From Firmicutes bacterium CAG:460 (GTDB taxonomy: Bacteria; Bacteroidota; Bacteroidia; Bacteroidales; UBA932), in NCBI GenBank assembly GCA_963624185.1, contig CAVFNP010000001.1:48491-112490 (forward strand): a stretch of DNA of 64,000 nt, in the 5' to 3' direction. Shown here piece by piece: positions 18,308 through 27,075 of the stretch. Both the position numbers and the translations under genes were made by a program. The stretch's first letter is position 1, and every line of letters begins with the position of its first letter. Under the pieces are notes generated by a model that worked only from the letters and a program-made list of their open reading frames with translations, ran no database searches and was not told the origin of the DNA.

Positions 18308-19565
18308 GTTCTTGTCCTTTACGATGGCTCTCCTGGCCTTCGCATCCTGCTCTCAAAGGCGGGATGTCACTTTGACGGTGATAGATCCAGGGCATTTTCA
18401 TGCCAATCTTCTTCAGAAGCATGATATGGATGGTGTCAATCGTAGCGTTAACGTATATGCACCGGAAGGGGAGGAGCTTGACGGGTATCTTGAAACTATA
18501 GAAAGCTATAATTCCAGGGATGTTGACCCGACATCTTGGAAGGAAAATGTATATACGGGTGATGATTATCTGGAGAGATTACCCGAGGCGGGAAAATATG
18601 AAGCGGTGATGCTTTCCGGCAACAATCGCAAGAAGACGAGCTACATAGCCTGTGCTGTGGACAAAGGATATAATGTTCTTTCTGACAAGCCGTTGGCTAT
18701 CAATAAGAAACAGTGGACTCTTCTTCGCGATGTCTACAAGAAGGCCGATGCCAGGCATCTTGTCATTCTTGATCTTATGACCGAAAGATACGACACTCTG
18801 AATATAATAGTTAAGAACCTGCTCTCGGACAAAGAGCTTTTCGGAGAGTTTGACTGCAGTCGCGGCCCGGCCGTCAGTATGACGAGCGTACATCATTTCT
18901 ATAAGGAGGTGTCCGGAGTGGCACTTCATCGTCCTGCCTGGTATTATGATGTAACTCAGCAGGGTGAGGGCATAGCAGATGTTACGACACATCTTATAGA
19001 TCTGGTTTTCTGGCAATGCTTCCCCGGAGTGGCAGTCGCTCTGGACGACGTCCAGGTAAACGGGGCATCGCATTTTCCTACGCGCATAAGTCTGGCTCAG
19101 TTTAAATCCAGCACCGGAGAGTCTTCTTTCCCGTCTTATCTTGATAAAGTCCGTAGCGGGGATTATATTGAAGTATTCTCCAATGGCAGTATAGATTTTA
19201 CGGTAAAGGGCATTCCGGTTCAGATGAATGTCACATGGAACTGGATGCCTCAGGAGGGTTCGTCGGACACTTTCGAGGCTATATATAAGGGTACGAAGGC
19301 CACTGTCATAGTACGGCAGGATCTTTCGACGGGATTTGTAAAACAGGTTTTCGTAAAGCCTTGCGAAGGTCGCGAATCTATGATAGAAGTGCCTATGGGC
19401 TGCAGAATAGGTCACGAGGATCATTTCAATCTGGTTGCCGGTCAATTCATGGAATATGTGAGGGGTCGTCAGAGGGTTCCTGAATGGGAGATTCAGAACA
19501 CTATCACCAAATACTATATTACAACTGCCGCTGTGGAGATGGCGTCAAAACAGGGGAGTCTTTGA
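18291..19565 (+). CDS. Lipoprotein related to Gfo/Idh/MocA enzymes (putative-oxidoreductase C-terminal-domain type)
   Basis: The start at 18291 gives the lipoprotein signal MVSSFRFLSFTMALLAFASC. It contains VIDPGHFHANLLQ and an EKP-like SDKPLAINKKQW. It overlaps the upstream gene by 17 nt, and its stop overlaps the apbE start (TGATG). Confidence 0.6.
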   Translation: MVSSFRFLSFTMALLAFASCSQRRDVTLTVIDPGHFHANLLQKHDMDGVNRSVNVYAPEGEELDGYLETIESYNSRDVDPTSWKENVYTGDDYLERLPEAGKYEAVMLSGNNRKKTSYIACAVDKGYNVLSDKPLAINKKQWTLLRDVYKKADARHLVILDLMTERYDTLNIIVKNLLSDKELFGEFDCSRGPAVSMTSVHHFYKEVSGVALHRPAWYYDVTQQGEGIADVTTHLIDLVFWQCFPGVAVALDDVQVNGASHFPTRISLAQFKSSTGESSFPSYLDKVRSGDYIEVFSNGSIDFTVKGIPVQMNVTWNWMPQEGSSDTFEAIYKGTKATVIVRQDLSTGFVKQVFVKPCEGRESMIEVPMGCRIGHEDHFNLVAGQFMEYVRGRQRVPEWEIQNTITKYYITTAAVEMASKQGSL

Positions 19566-20380
19566 TGGAGAAGATAGGGTATACATATTATGGGGAAGAG
19601 AAGTTTTTTCATTCCCATGCGGATAAGATAATGGGTACCCGTTATGATATGATTGTCTCCGGATTGGACGATACCGCATCCAGGACTTTGTGGGAGCGTG
19701 TTGTGAATCTGCTGAAAGGTGGAGACGCTGTATTTGACAGATTCTCTTCTGAGAGTGAAGTGTTTAAGGTAAATAGAAATCTTTCAGAAGGTGGATCTTC
19801 CTATTTGAGCCCTATTCTCGGCGGACAGATAAGAAAATGTCTGGAATATTCAAGAAGGACTTTAGGACTTTTCGACATAACCCGCGGACATATCGACAGT
19901 ATTCACCTTAGCGAGGACTTATTGTCCCTTGAAACTGGAGATAATGCCGTAAACCTTGATTTCGGCGGTTATGCCAAAGGATGGGCCTTGAAGGAGATAG
20001 TGGAGATTTTAAAAGCGGAGGGAGTGGAGTCGGCTTTTGTGGATTTCGGGGGCAGCTCCATTTATGCTATGGGCAGTCACCCTTCTGGAGACGGATGGCT
20101 TGTTGACCTTCCTTCTCCTTTTGACGCTCATACGGTCACTTCTTACGCACTTCACGATGAGGCGCTTTCCACTTCAGGAAACACGCCTTGGTACACGGGA
20201 CATATAGTTAATCCGTATTCTGGCGAAAAGGAGACATCACGTGCGCTGTCTACGGTCCGATGCTCCGATCCTTTGGATGCGGAGGTGTTGAGCACCGTGT
20301 ATATGATTTGCGATCAGGAGCAGAGGACTGAGATAGAAAATAATTTTCCTGAAGTTAAATTTGAAAAATTCAATCTTTAA
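19565..20380 (+). CDS. apbE: ApbE-family FAD:protein FMN transferase with no recognisable signal peptide
   Basis: ApbE-like blocks are present: KIMGTRYDMIV, FDITRG, DFGGYAKGWAL and FVDFGGS. The N-terminus MEKIGYTYYGEEKFFH is hydrophilic. The only in-frame upstream extension (from 19484) is also hydrophilic. Confidence 0.8.
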   Translation: MEKIGYTYYGEEKFFHSHADKIMGTRYDMIVSGLDDTASRTLWERVVNLLKGGDAVFDRFSSESEVFKVNRNLSEGGSSYLSPILGGQIRKCLEYSRRTLGLFDITRGHIDSIHLSEDLLSLETGDNAVNLDFGGYAKGWALKEIVEILKAEGVESAFVDFGGSSIYAMGSHPSGDGWLVDLPSPFDAHTVTSYALHDEALSTSGNTPWYTGHIVNPYSGEKETSRALSTVRCSDPLDAEVLSTVYMICDQEQRTEIENNFPEVKFEKFNL

Positions 20381-21708
20381 TGGAATATAAGGATAAATTG
20401 GCCCTGGATATGGGGCGCAGAAACTTTATTAAACAGATGGGCTTTTTGGCTGGGGGAGCTGCACTTATCTCTTCCGCTCCTTGGCTTTCTTCCTGCACTC
20501 CGGAGAAATTGGAGCTGACAGGCAAGGAAGTGGCCCGTATCGCCTTGATAGGGACTGGTTCAAGAGGCCAATATCATATTCATAATCTTTTGCTGTTTCC
20601 GCATGCCAGGATAGTGGCCCTTTGCGACATATATGATGTGAACCTGAAGGCAGCGGCAGCTTTGTGCCCGGATTCTCCACGTTTGTATAGCGATTATCGC
20701 AAGCTTTTGGAAGATAAGGATATAGATGGTGTCATAATATCCACTCCGCTTGGAGCTCATGCCCAGATAACCCTCGATGCGCTGTCGGCAGGCAAACATG
20801 TGTTCTGCGAGAAGGCCATGGCCCGTACCCTTGATGAGTGCAAAGCCATATATGATGCTTACCAGAAGACGGATCGTGCTCTTTATTTCTGTATGCAGAG
20901 AATGTACGATCCTAAATATATAAAGGGTATGCAGATGATTCGTGACGGTGTGATAGGCGAAGTGGTGGGGATGCGATGCCATTGGTTCAGAAATGCCGAC
21001 TGGAGACGTGAGGTCCCTTCGCCTGAACTGGAAAGGCAGATCAACTGGCGTCTGTATAAAGAATATTCAGGAGGTCTGATGACCGAACTTGCCTGCCATC
21101 AATTGGAAGTGTGCAACTTGGCGGCCGGGAAGATTCCTTCTTCAGTAACCGGTATGGGAGATATCATTTATTGGAAAGACGGACGTGAGGTCTATGATGC
21201 CGTGAACGTCATATATCGTTACTCCGATGGGCGAAAGATAAACTATGAATCCCTAATTTCCAACAAGTTCAATGGTATGGAGGACCAGATTCTTGGACAT
21301 CGCGGCACGATGGATCTCACCAAGGGGGTGTATTATCTTGAAGAGGACAACAGCCGCTCCGGAATAGAAACTTTGGTGGGCAATATCAAGAACAAAGTGT
21401 TCTCGTCTGTTCCGTTGGCCGGACCAAGCTGGCGTCCTGAAGTCAAAGGGGATGCCATTCCGCACTCGATAATAGAGGGAAAGGTCAGTGTGAACGGCGG
21501 ACAGAATATGATAGGAGTGGACAATGACGCATCTGATACTATTCTTTCTGCATTCTGCACATCGTGCATAAGCGGCGAAAAAGCTGAAAATGTGGTGGAA
21601 GAGGCTTATTGCTCAACCGTCCTTTGTCTTCTGGGCAACAAGGCTATGGATGAGCAGCGTACCATCATTTTCCCGGAATACTATAAAATCCCGTATATGA
21701 AGTTCTGA
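20380..21708 (+). CDS. TAT-exported Gfo/Idh/MocA-family oxidoreductase (GH109-like NAD-dependent glycosidase candidate)
   Basis: Twin-arginine signal MGRRNFIKQMGFLAGGAALISSAPWLSSC. Rossmann segment IALIGTGSRGQYH and EKP motif FCEKAMARTLDEC. The start overlaps the apbE stop (TAATG, 20378-20382). Confidence 0.8.
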   Translation: MEYKDKLALDMGRRNFIKQMGFLAGGAALISSAPWLSSCTPEKLELTGKEVARIALIGTGSRGQYHIHNLLLFPHARIVALCDIYDVNLKAAAALCPDSPRLYSDYRKLLEDKDIDGVIISTPLGAHAQITLDALSAGKHVFCEKAMARTLDECKAIYDAYQKTDRALYFCMQRMYDPKYIKGMQMIRDGVIGEVVGMRCHWFRNADWRREVPSPELERQINWRLYKEYSGGLMTELACHQLEVCNLAAGKIPSSVTGMGDIIYWKDGREVYDAVNVIYRYSDGRKINYESLISNKFNGMEDQILGHRGTMDLTKGVYYLEEDNSRSGIETLVGNIKNKVFSSVPLAGPSWRPEVKGDAIPHSIIEGKVSVNGGQNMIGVDNDASDTILSAFCTSCISGEKAENVVEEAYCSTVLCLLGNKAMDEQRTIIFPEYYKIPYMKF

Positions 21709-21709
21709 T

Positions 21710-21943
21710 ATGAAAGATATAGTAATACCTTCGAAGATAATACGTAGAGAACTTCTGGTGGTCCTCACGTGCTTTTTGACCTCGTTTCTTGTGAATGTGG
21801 GCGCTGTTATCGCTTATCACAAATCCTGGACGGAGATTTTTTCTCAGATTGGTTATGTTGTAGTGATAAGTGTATTTTTTTATGTAATATTGTGGATAAT
21901 AAGAATCCTGTTTTTAATAATAAAGAAAATAATTAACCGATAA
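21710..21943 (+). CDS. Small membrane protein (two predicted TM helices), unknown function
   Basis: 77-aa ORF starting 2 nt after the upstream stop. It has two hydrophobic stretches (LLVVLTCFLTSFLVNVGAVIAY and GYVVVISVFFYVILWIIRILFLII) and sits wedged between the two TAT oxidoreductase genes. Confidence 0.5.
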   Translation: MKDIVIPSKIIRRELLVVLTCFLTSFLVNVGAVIAYHKSWTEIFSQIGYVVVISVFFYVILWIIRILFLIIKKIINR

Positions 21944-21947
21944 TAAT

Positions 21948-23288
21948 ATGACTTCACGAAGAGAATTTATAAAAAGTGCAGCCCTTGCCACTGCAGGTCT
22001 TACGCTTTCCAATGCTGTTCCGTCGTTTGCGGTATCGAAAAAAGGCTCTATCATAGGGGCCAATGACCGTATCAGGATAGGTGTGATAGGTGTCAACTCA
22101 AGAGGAAGCGCTCTTGCGCAGAGTTTTGCGAAGATGCCTAAGTGCGAGGTTACATATATATGCGATTGTGATACCGAGGCTCTTGAGAGATGCCGTGCGC
22201 AGATCAAATCGCTCACCGGTAAACTTCCTAAAGGGGAGACGGATATTCGCCGTATGCTCTCCTCCGATGAATTTGACGCCGCTGTCATAGCTATGCCTGA
22301 CCATTGGCATGCCAAGGCCGCCATTATGGCTATGAAGGCAGGAAAGCACGTTTATCTGGAGAAGCCTACCAGCCATAACCCTGCAGAAAATGAGATGCTT
22401 ATGCGCGCTGCAGTCAAGTATGGAAAGGTTATTCAGGTCGGCAATCAGCGCCGCTCTTGGCCTAACATCATAGCGGCCATAGAAGAGATCAAGGCTGGAA
22501 ATATAGGACATGTCCATTATGCCAAGTCTTGGTATGTCAACAATCGTCCGTCAATAGGTACTGGCAGGGTGGTCAGCGTTCCTTCTCACCTCAATTGGGA
22601 TCTGTGGCAGGGGCCGGCTCCGCGCACCGAGTATAGGGACAATATCGTTCACTACAATTGGCATTGGTTCTGGCACTGGGGAACAGGTGAAGCGCTTAAT
22701 AACGGCACTCACTTCGTGGATCTTATGCGTTGGGGACTCGACGTGGACTATCCGACGCTGGTAAGTTCAGTGGGAGGCAGATACAGATTCCAGGACGATT
22801 GGCAGACTCCTGACACGCAGCTCATTACATATCAGTTCGGAGATAAGGCCGCAGGTTCCTGGGAAGGTCGTAGCTGTAATAATTCAGCGGTTGACGGGGC
22901 TGGCGTAGGCGTGGCTTTCTATGGAGAGAACGGCACCCTTTATCTGAACGGTGGTAACGAGTATAAGATTCTCGATCTGGGCGGCAATGTAGTGAAGGAC
23001 GTGAAGAGCGAGCTCAAATTCGAGACAGGCAATCTTCTTAATCCTAGCGAGCAGCTTGACGCATTCCACTTTGAGAACTGGTTCGATGCCATACGCAAGG
23101 GAGAAAAATTGCATTCAGACATTAACAGCGCTTGCATAAGCACACAGCTCGTACAGCTTGGAAATATAGCCCAGAGAGTGGGTCATTCCCTTAAGATAGA
23201 GCCTGTAAGCGGCCGTATCATAGGAGATGAAGATGCACAGAAGCTCTGGGGACGTGAATACGAACCTGGTTGGGGAATAGAAATCTAA
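21948..23288 (+). CDS. TAT-exported Gfo/Idh/MocA-family oxidoreductase
   Basis: Twin-arginine signal MTSRREFIKSAALATAGLTL. Rossmann segment IRIGVIGVNSRGS and EKP motif VYLEKPTSHNPAEN. 446 aa. Confidence 0.8.
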   Translation: MTSRREFIKSAALATAGLTLSNAVPSFAVSKKGSIIGANDRIRIGVIGVNSRGSALAQSFAKMPKCEVTYICDCDTEALERCRAQIKSLTGKLPKGETDIRRMLSSDEFDAAVIAMPDHWHAKAAIMAMKAGKHVYLEKPTSHNPAENEMLMRAAVKYGKVIQVGNQRRSWPNIIAAIEEIKAGNIGHVHYAKSWYVNNRPSIGTGRVVSVPSHLNWDLWQGPAPRTEYRDNIVHYNWHWFWHWGTGEALNNGTHFVDLMRWGLDVDYPTLVSSVGGRYRFQDDWQTPDTQLITYQFGDKAAGSWEGRSCNNSAVDGAGVGVAFYGENGTLYLNGGNEYKILDLGGNVVKDVKSELKFETGNLLNPSEQLDAFHFENWFDAIRKGEKLHSDINSACISTQLVQLGNIAQRVGHSLKIEPVSGRIIGDEDAQKLWGREYEPGWGIEI

Positions 23289-23300
23289 TACTTTAAACAT

Positions 23301-24332
23301 ATGGCAAAAATCGTTACTTTCGGAGAAATTATGCTTCGCCTGGCGACTCCCGGACATCTCCGGTTCAGTCAGGCCCACGAGTTTGAAGCAACTTTCGGTG
23401 GAGGAGAGGCCAATGTCGCCGTTTCTCTCGCCGCTTTCGGGGAAGATGCACAGTTTGTATCCGCCTTGCCTTCCAACGACATCGCCGCAGCTTGTCTGAG
23501 TGAACTTCGCGCTCTCGGCGTGGGGACTTCGCACTGCATTCAGAGCGGAGACAGAATTGGCATCTATTATATTGAAAAAGGTGCTGTATGCAGGCCGAGC
23601 AAAGTGGTGTATGACAGGGCGCATTCTTCTATTGCTGAGATTAAATCCGGTATGATTGATTGGACGAAGGTATTCGAAGGCGCCGATTGGTTTCACTGGA
23701 CGGGTATTACTCCGGCTATCAGTCAGGGCGCTGCCGATGTTCTGAAAGAGGCGCTGGAAGCAGCAGTCAAAGCAGGTGTGAAGATTTCCTGTGATTTGAA
23801 TTACCGCAAGAATCTGTGGAAATATGGCAAAACAGCTTCAGAGGTGATGCCAGAGCTGGTGTCGTTCTGTGATGTTATCATAGGCAACGAAGAGGATGCT
23901 CAGAAAGTTTTCGGCATAAGCGCCGAAGGCTGTGATACGGATAACGGCGTGATAGACAGTAGTAAATACGAAAAGGTGGGAAGTGCTTTGATGCAGAAAT
24001 TCCCGAAAGCCGGGATTGTAGCCATAACTCAGCGAAGTTCGATAAATGCCGACCATAATGTGTGGGCGGCAGTGCTTTACGACGGGAAAGAACTCAAGTA
24101 TTCTAAGCACTATGATATCACCGATATCGTGGACAGGGTAGGAGGAGGTGATTCTTTCGCTGCCGGTCTTATTTACGCTCTGATTGAGTATAAGGATACG
24201 CAGAAGGCGCTGGAGTTCGCTACGGCGGCATCGTGTCTTAAGCACACTATAGAAGGCGATTATAACCGTGTCTCCAGCTCCGAGGTGGAAGCTCTTATGA
24301 ATGGTAACGCTTCCGGAAGGGTTTCAAGATAA
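23301..24332 (+). CDS. kdgK: 2-dehydro-3-deoxygluconokinase (PfkB family)
   Basis: The N-terminus MAKIVTFGEIMLRLATPGHLRFSQAHEFEATFGGGEANVAVSLA is typical of KdgK. It has the C-terminal PfkB motif VDRVGGGDSFAAGLIY. Adjacent to eda. Confidence 0.85.
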   Translation: MAKIVTFGEIMLRLATPGHLRFSQAHEFEATFGGGEANVAVSLAAFGEDAQFVSALPSNDIAAACLSELRALGVGTSHCIQSGDRIGIYYIEKGAVCRPSKVVYDRAHSSIAEIKSGMIDWTKVFEGADWFHWTGITPAISQGAADVLKEALEAAVKAGVKISCDLNYRKNLWKYGKTASEVMPELVSFCDVIIGNEEDAQKVFGISAEGCDTDNGVIDSSKYEKVGSALMQKFPKAGIVAITQRSSINADHNVWAAVLYDGKELKYSKHYDITDIVDRVGGGDSFAAGLIYALIEYKDTQKALEFATAASCLKHTIEGDYNRVSSSEVEALMNGNASGRVSR

Positions 24333-24344
24333 ATCTAAAATATT

Positions 24345-25013
24345 ATGGCAGGAAAAAACAAAATTCAGGTCCTTTCGACCGCTTTTTCTACGGGTCTTAT
24401 ACCTGTATTTTATGATTCATCTGCAGAGCGCGCAAAAAAAGTGCTCCTGGCCTGTTACCGAGGTGGAATCAGGGTGTTTGAGTTTACAAATCGCGGAGAT
24501 TTCGCTCATGAGGTATTTGCAGAATTGTCAAAATTCGCTTCTGTAGAGACTCCGGACCTGGTTTTGGGTGCAGGCTCAATAGTTGACCCTTCCACTGCAG
24601 CTCTTTACATGCAGTTGGGGGCCAGATTCATAGTCGGGCCAATCTTCAATGCCGAGGTTGCTCAGGTATGCAACCGTCGTCTGGTGCCTTATGTTCCGGG
24701 GTGCGGCAGTGTTACTGAGGTAAGCAATGCGCAGGCAGCCGGCTGCGATCTGTGCAAGGTGTTCCCTGGAGATGTCCTGGGACCAGCTTTTGTGAAGGGC
24801 CTTAAAGCTCCGATGCCGTGGAGCCAGATACTTGTGACCGGTGGAGTAAAGCCGGAGGTGGATAATCTCCGTTCTTGGTTCAAGGCCGGCGCTTCATGTG
24901 TAGGTATGGGAAGCAATCTCTTCCCTAAGGAAGAAATCCATCTTGGCGATTGGGAATCCATTTCCCGCAGGTGTGAGACTTGTTTAAAAATTATTAATGA
25001 TGTCAGAAAGTAA
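24345..25013 (+). CDS. eda: KDPG / 4-hydroxy-2-oxoglutarate aldolase
   Basis: 222 aa with Eda-like blocks [22 protein letters not shown] and TGGVKPE. It lies between kdgK and uxuA. Confidence 0.85.
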   Translation: MAGKNKIQVLSTAFSTGLIPVFYDSSAERAKKVLLACYRGGIRVFEFTNRGDFAHEVFAELSKFASVETPDLVLGAGSIVDPSTAALYMQLGARFIVGPIFNAEVAQVCNRRLVPYVPGCGSVTEVSNAQAAGCDLCKVFPGDVLGPAFVKGLKAPMPWSQILVTGGVKPEVDNLRSWFKAGASCVGMGSNLFPKEEIHLGDWESISRRCETCLKIINDVRK

Positions 25014-25023
25014 AGTGTTCCGG

Positions 25024-26187
25024 ATGACGGAGAGCTGGAGATGGTACGGACCTGATGATCCGGTGCCATTGGCGTATATAAAACAGGCAGGAGTGACGGA
25101 TATCGTGCATGCGCTGCATCATATTCCCAACGGGAAAGTGTGGAGCGTAGAGGAGATACGGTCCCGTCAGAAGATGATTTCCGATGCCGGCCTTAAGTGG
25201 AGCGTGGTTGAAAGTGTTCCTGTACACGAGCATATCAAGACGCGCGAAGGTGATTATCAGCGTTATATAGACAATTACAAGCAGAGCATCCGTAATCTCT
25301 CGGAGTGCGGGATACATTGCATAACTTATAATTTTATGCCTGTTCTGGATTGGACTAGAACGGATCTGGCATACACTATGCCGGATGGAAGCAAGGCTCT
25401 GCGTTTCGAAATGGCTGCGTTTGTGGCTTTCGATCTTTATATACTTAAGCGTCCGGGAGCGGAGAATGCATATACTCTGCATCAGAAGCAGCAGGCCAAG
25501 GAGCGCTTCGCTTCGATGTCTGAACAAGAAAAGGAGCTGATAACCAGAAATATGATTGCCGGTCTTCCGGGGAGCGAGGAAAGTTTTACTCTGGATCAGT
25601 TCCGGCAGGCTCTTTCCCGTTATGATCATATATCTGCGGAGCAATTGCGAGAAAATCTCGTTTATTTCCTTTCTGAGGTATGCCCGGTAGCTGATGAGTG
25701 CGGTTCGATGATGGTCATCCATCCTGATGATCCACCGTTCTCTCTGCTTGGACTTCCGCGCATCCTTTCTACTGCGCAGGATTTCCGCGACCTCGTAAAG
25801 GCCGTTCCTAACGAGTCGAACGGATTGTGTCTGTGCACCGGCTCTATGGGCGTGCGCGCGGACAATGACTGTGTGGCTATGATGCGTGAATTCGGAGATC
25901 GTGTAGGATTTGTCCATCTCCGTACTACCAAACGTGACGAAGAAGGTAACTTCCACGAGGCCAATCTTCTGGATGGGGATGTGGATATGTATGGAATGAT
26001 GCGTGCACTTCTGGAAGTGGAGCAGCGCCGCGGAGTGAGCATCCCTGTACGTCCGGATCATGGGCATCAGATGTGCGATGATCTTTACCGCAAATCGAAT
26101 CCGGGTTATTCCTGCTATGGCAGAATGCGCAGTCTTGCAGAATTGCGCGGCCTTCAGGAGGGAATCATTAAATCGTTAGGATTATGA
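25024..26187 (+). CDS. uxuA: Mannonate dehydratase
   Basis: It starts [14 protein letters not shown], the canonical UxuA N-terminus. About 387 aa from the ATG at 25024. It contains RPDHGH near the C-terminus. Confidence 0.9.
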   Translation: MTESWRWYGPDDPVPLAYIKQAGVTDIVHALHHIPNGKVWSVEEIRSRQKMISDAGLKWSVVESVPVHEHIKTREGDYQRYIDNYKQSIRNLSECGIHCITYNFMPVLDWTRTDLAYTMPDGSKALRFEMAAFVAFDLYILKRPGAENAYTLHQKQQAKERFASMSEQEKELITRNMIAGLPGSEESFTLDQFRQALSRYDHISAEQLRENLVYFLSEVCPVADECGSMMVIHPDDPPFSLLGLPRILSTAQDFRDLVKAVPNESNGLCLCTGSMGVRADNDCVAMMREFGDRVGFVHLRTTKRDEEGNFHEANLLDGDVDMYGMMRALLEVEQRRGVSIPVRPDHGHQMCDDLYRKSNPGYSCYGRMRSLAELRGLQEGIIKSLGL

Positions 26188-26999
26188 ATCTTTTTGACAT
26201 AAAAGGCAAGGTCGCTGTAATGACAGGGGCTTGTGGAGTTTTGGGCTCCACTATTGTAAAGTATTTTGCAGCACAGGGGTGCAAAGTCGTGATATTGGAT
26301 CTTGAACGTTCGCGTCAGATCGGAGAGGCTCTTGTCAAGGATATAACAGACGAGGGCGGAGAAGCCATTTTTCTTCCGACCAATGTGTTGGACAAGGCCA
26401 CACTTGAAGAAAATTACACTCAGATAATGTCCGCTTATGGTAGGATAGACATCCTTTTGAATGCTGCCGGAGGCAATATGGCATCCGCTACGGTGCCGCC
26501 GGACAAGACCATTTTTGATCTGGATGTAGAGGCCGTAAAGAAGGTTACGGAACTTAACCTATTCGGAACCATCATTCCGACTATGGTCTTTGCACGTGCG
26601 ATGGCGGAGCAGAAGAGCGGTTCCATCATTAATTTCGCGTCGGAATCAGCACTCAGACCTCTCACGAGAGTAGCAGGGTATGGAGTGGCTAAGGCAGCTG
26701 TTGCCAATTGGACCAAATATCTCTGTGCTGAACTGGCGATGAAGTTCGGCGAGGGAATAAGAGTCAATGCCATAGCTCCGGGATTTCTTCTGACCAATCA
26801 GAATCGCAGCCTGCTGACTAATGAGGACGGATCGCTCACGGAGCGTTCTCATACTATCCTTTCGCATACTCCTATCGGGCGTTTCCTTGAACCGGATGAA
26901 CTGGTGGGGACACTTCATTATCTCGCTTCGGACGCATCCAAGGCTGTTACCGGTACCGTCTGCGTAGTGGACGGCGGATTCGATGCTTTTTCGATATAG
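26184..26999 (+). CDS. SDR-family oxidoreductase, probably the SDR-type D-mannonate oxidoreductase (YjmF/UxuB-like)
   Basis: 271 aa with the TGACGVLG cofactor motif and a YGVAKAA catalytic Y-x3-K. An ATGA start/stop overlap with uxuA implies translational coupling. Confidence 0.7.
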   Translation: MNLFDIKGKVAVMTGACGVLGSTIVKYFAAQGCKVVILDLERSRQIGEALVKDITDEGGEAIFLPTNVLDKATLEENYTQIMSAYGRIDILLNAAGGNMASATVPPDKTIFDLDVEAVKKVTELNLFGTIIPTMVFARAMAEQKSGSIINFASESALRPLTRVAGYGVAKAAVANWTKYLCAELAMKFGEGIRVNAIAPGFLLTNQNRSLLTNEDGSLTERSHTILSHTPIGRFLEPDELVGTLHYLASDASKAVTGTVCVVDGGFDAFSI

Positions 27000-27022
27000 C
27001 GTATAAGTTTACTGCAATAAAG

Positions 27023-27060
27023 AAAACGGGTCGTAAGATTTTTCTTGCGACCCGTTTTTT
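27023..27060. terminator. Bidirectional rho-independent terminator between convergent operons
   Basis: aaaACGGGTCGTAAGAtttttCTTGCGACCCGTtttttt. The stem is 12-13 bp with one G-U pair. An A-run on the left and a T-run on the right let it serve both strands. Confidence 0.8.
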
Positions 27061-27075
27061 GTATAGATGCTGTAA

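Noticed and set aside
19044-19070. DDVQVNGAS in the 18291-19565 lipoprotein as a possible ApbE flavinylation site
   Set aside because: Only the G-A-S tail matches. The Asp is not at the consensus -6 position, and position -3 is Asn, so I do not count it as a motif hit.
25003-26067. 354-aa ORF on the minus strand
   Set aside because: It lies antisense to uxuA, which has the canonical [10 protein letters not shown] start and RPDHGH block. I treat it as a chance open frame.
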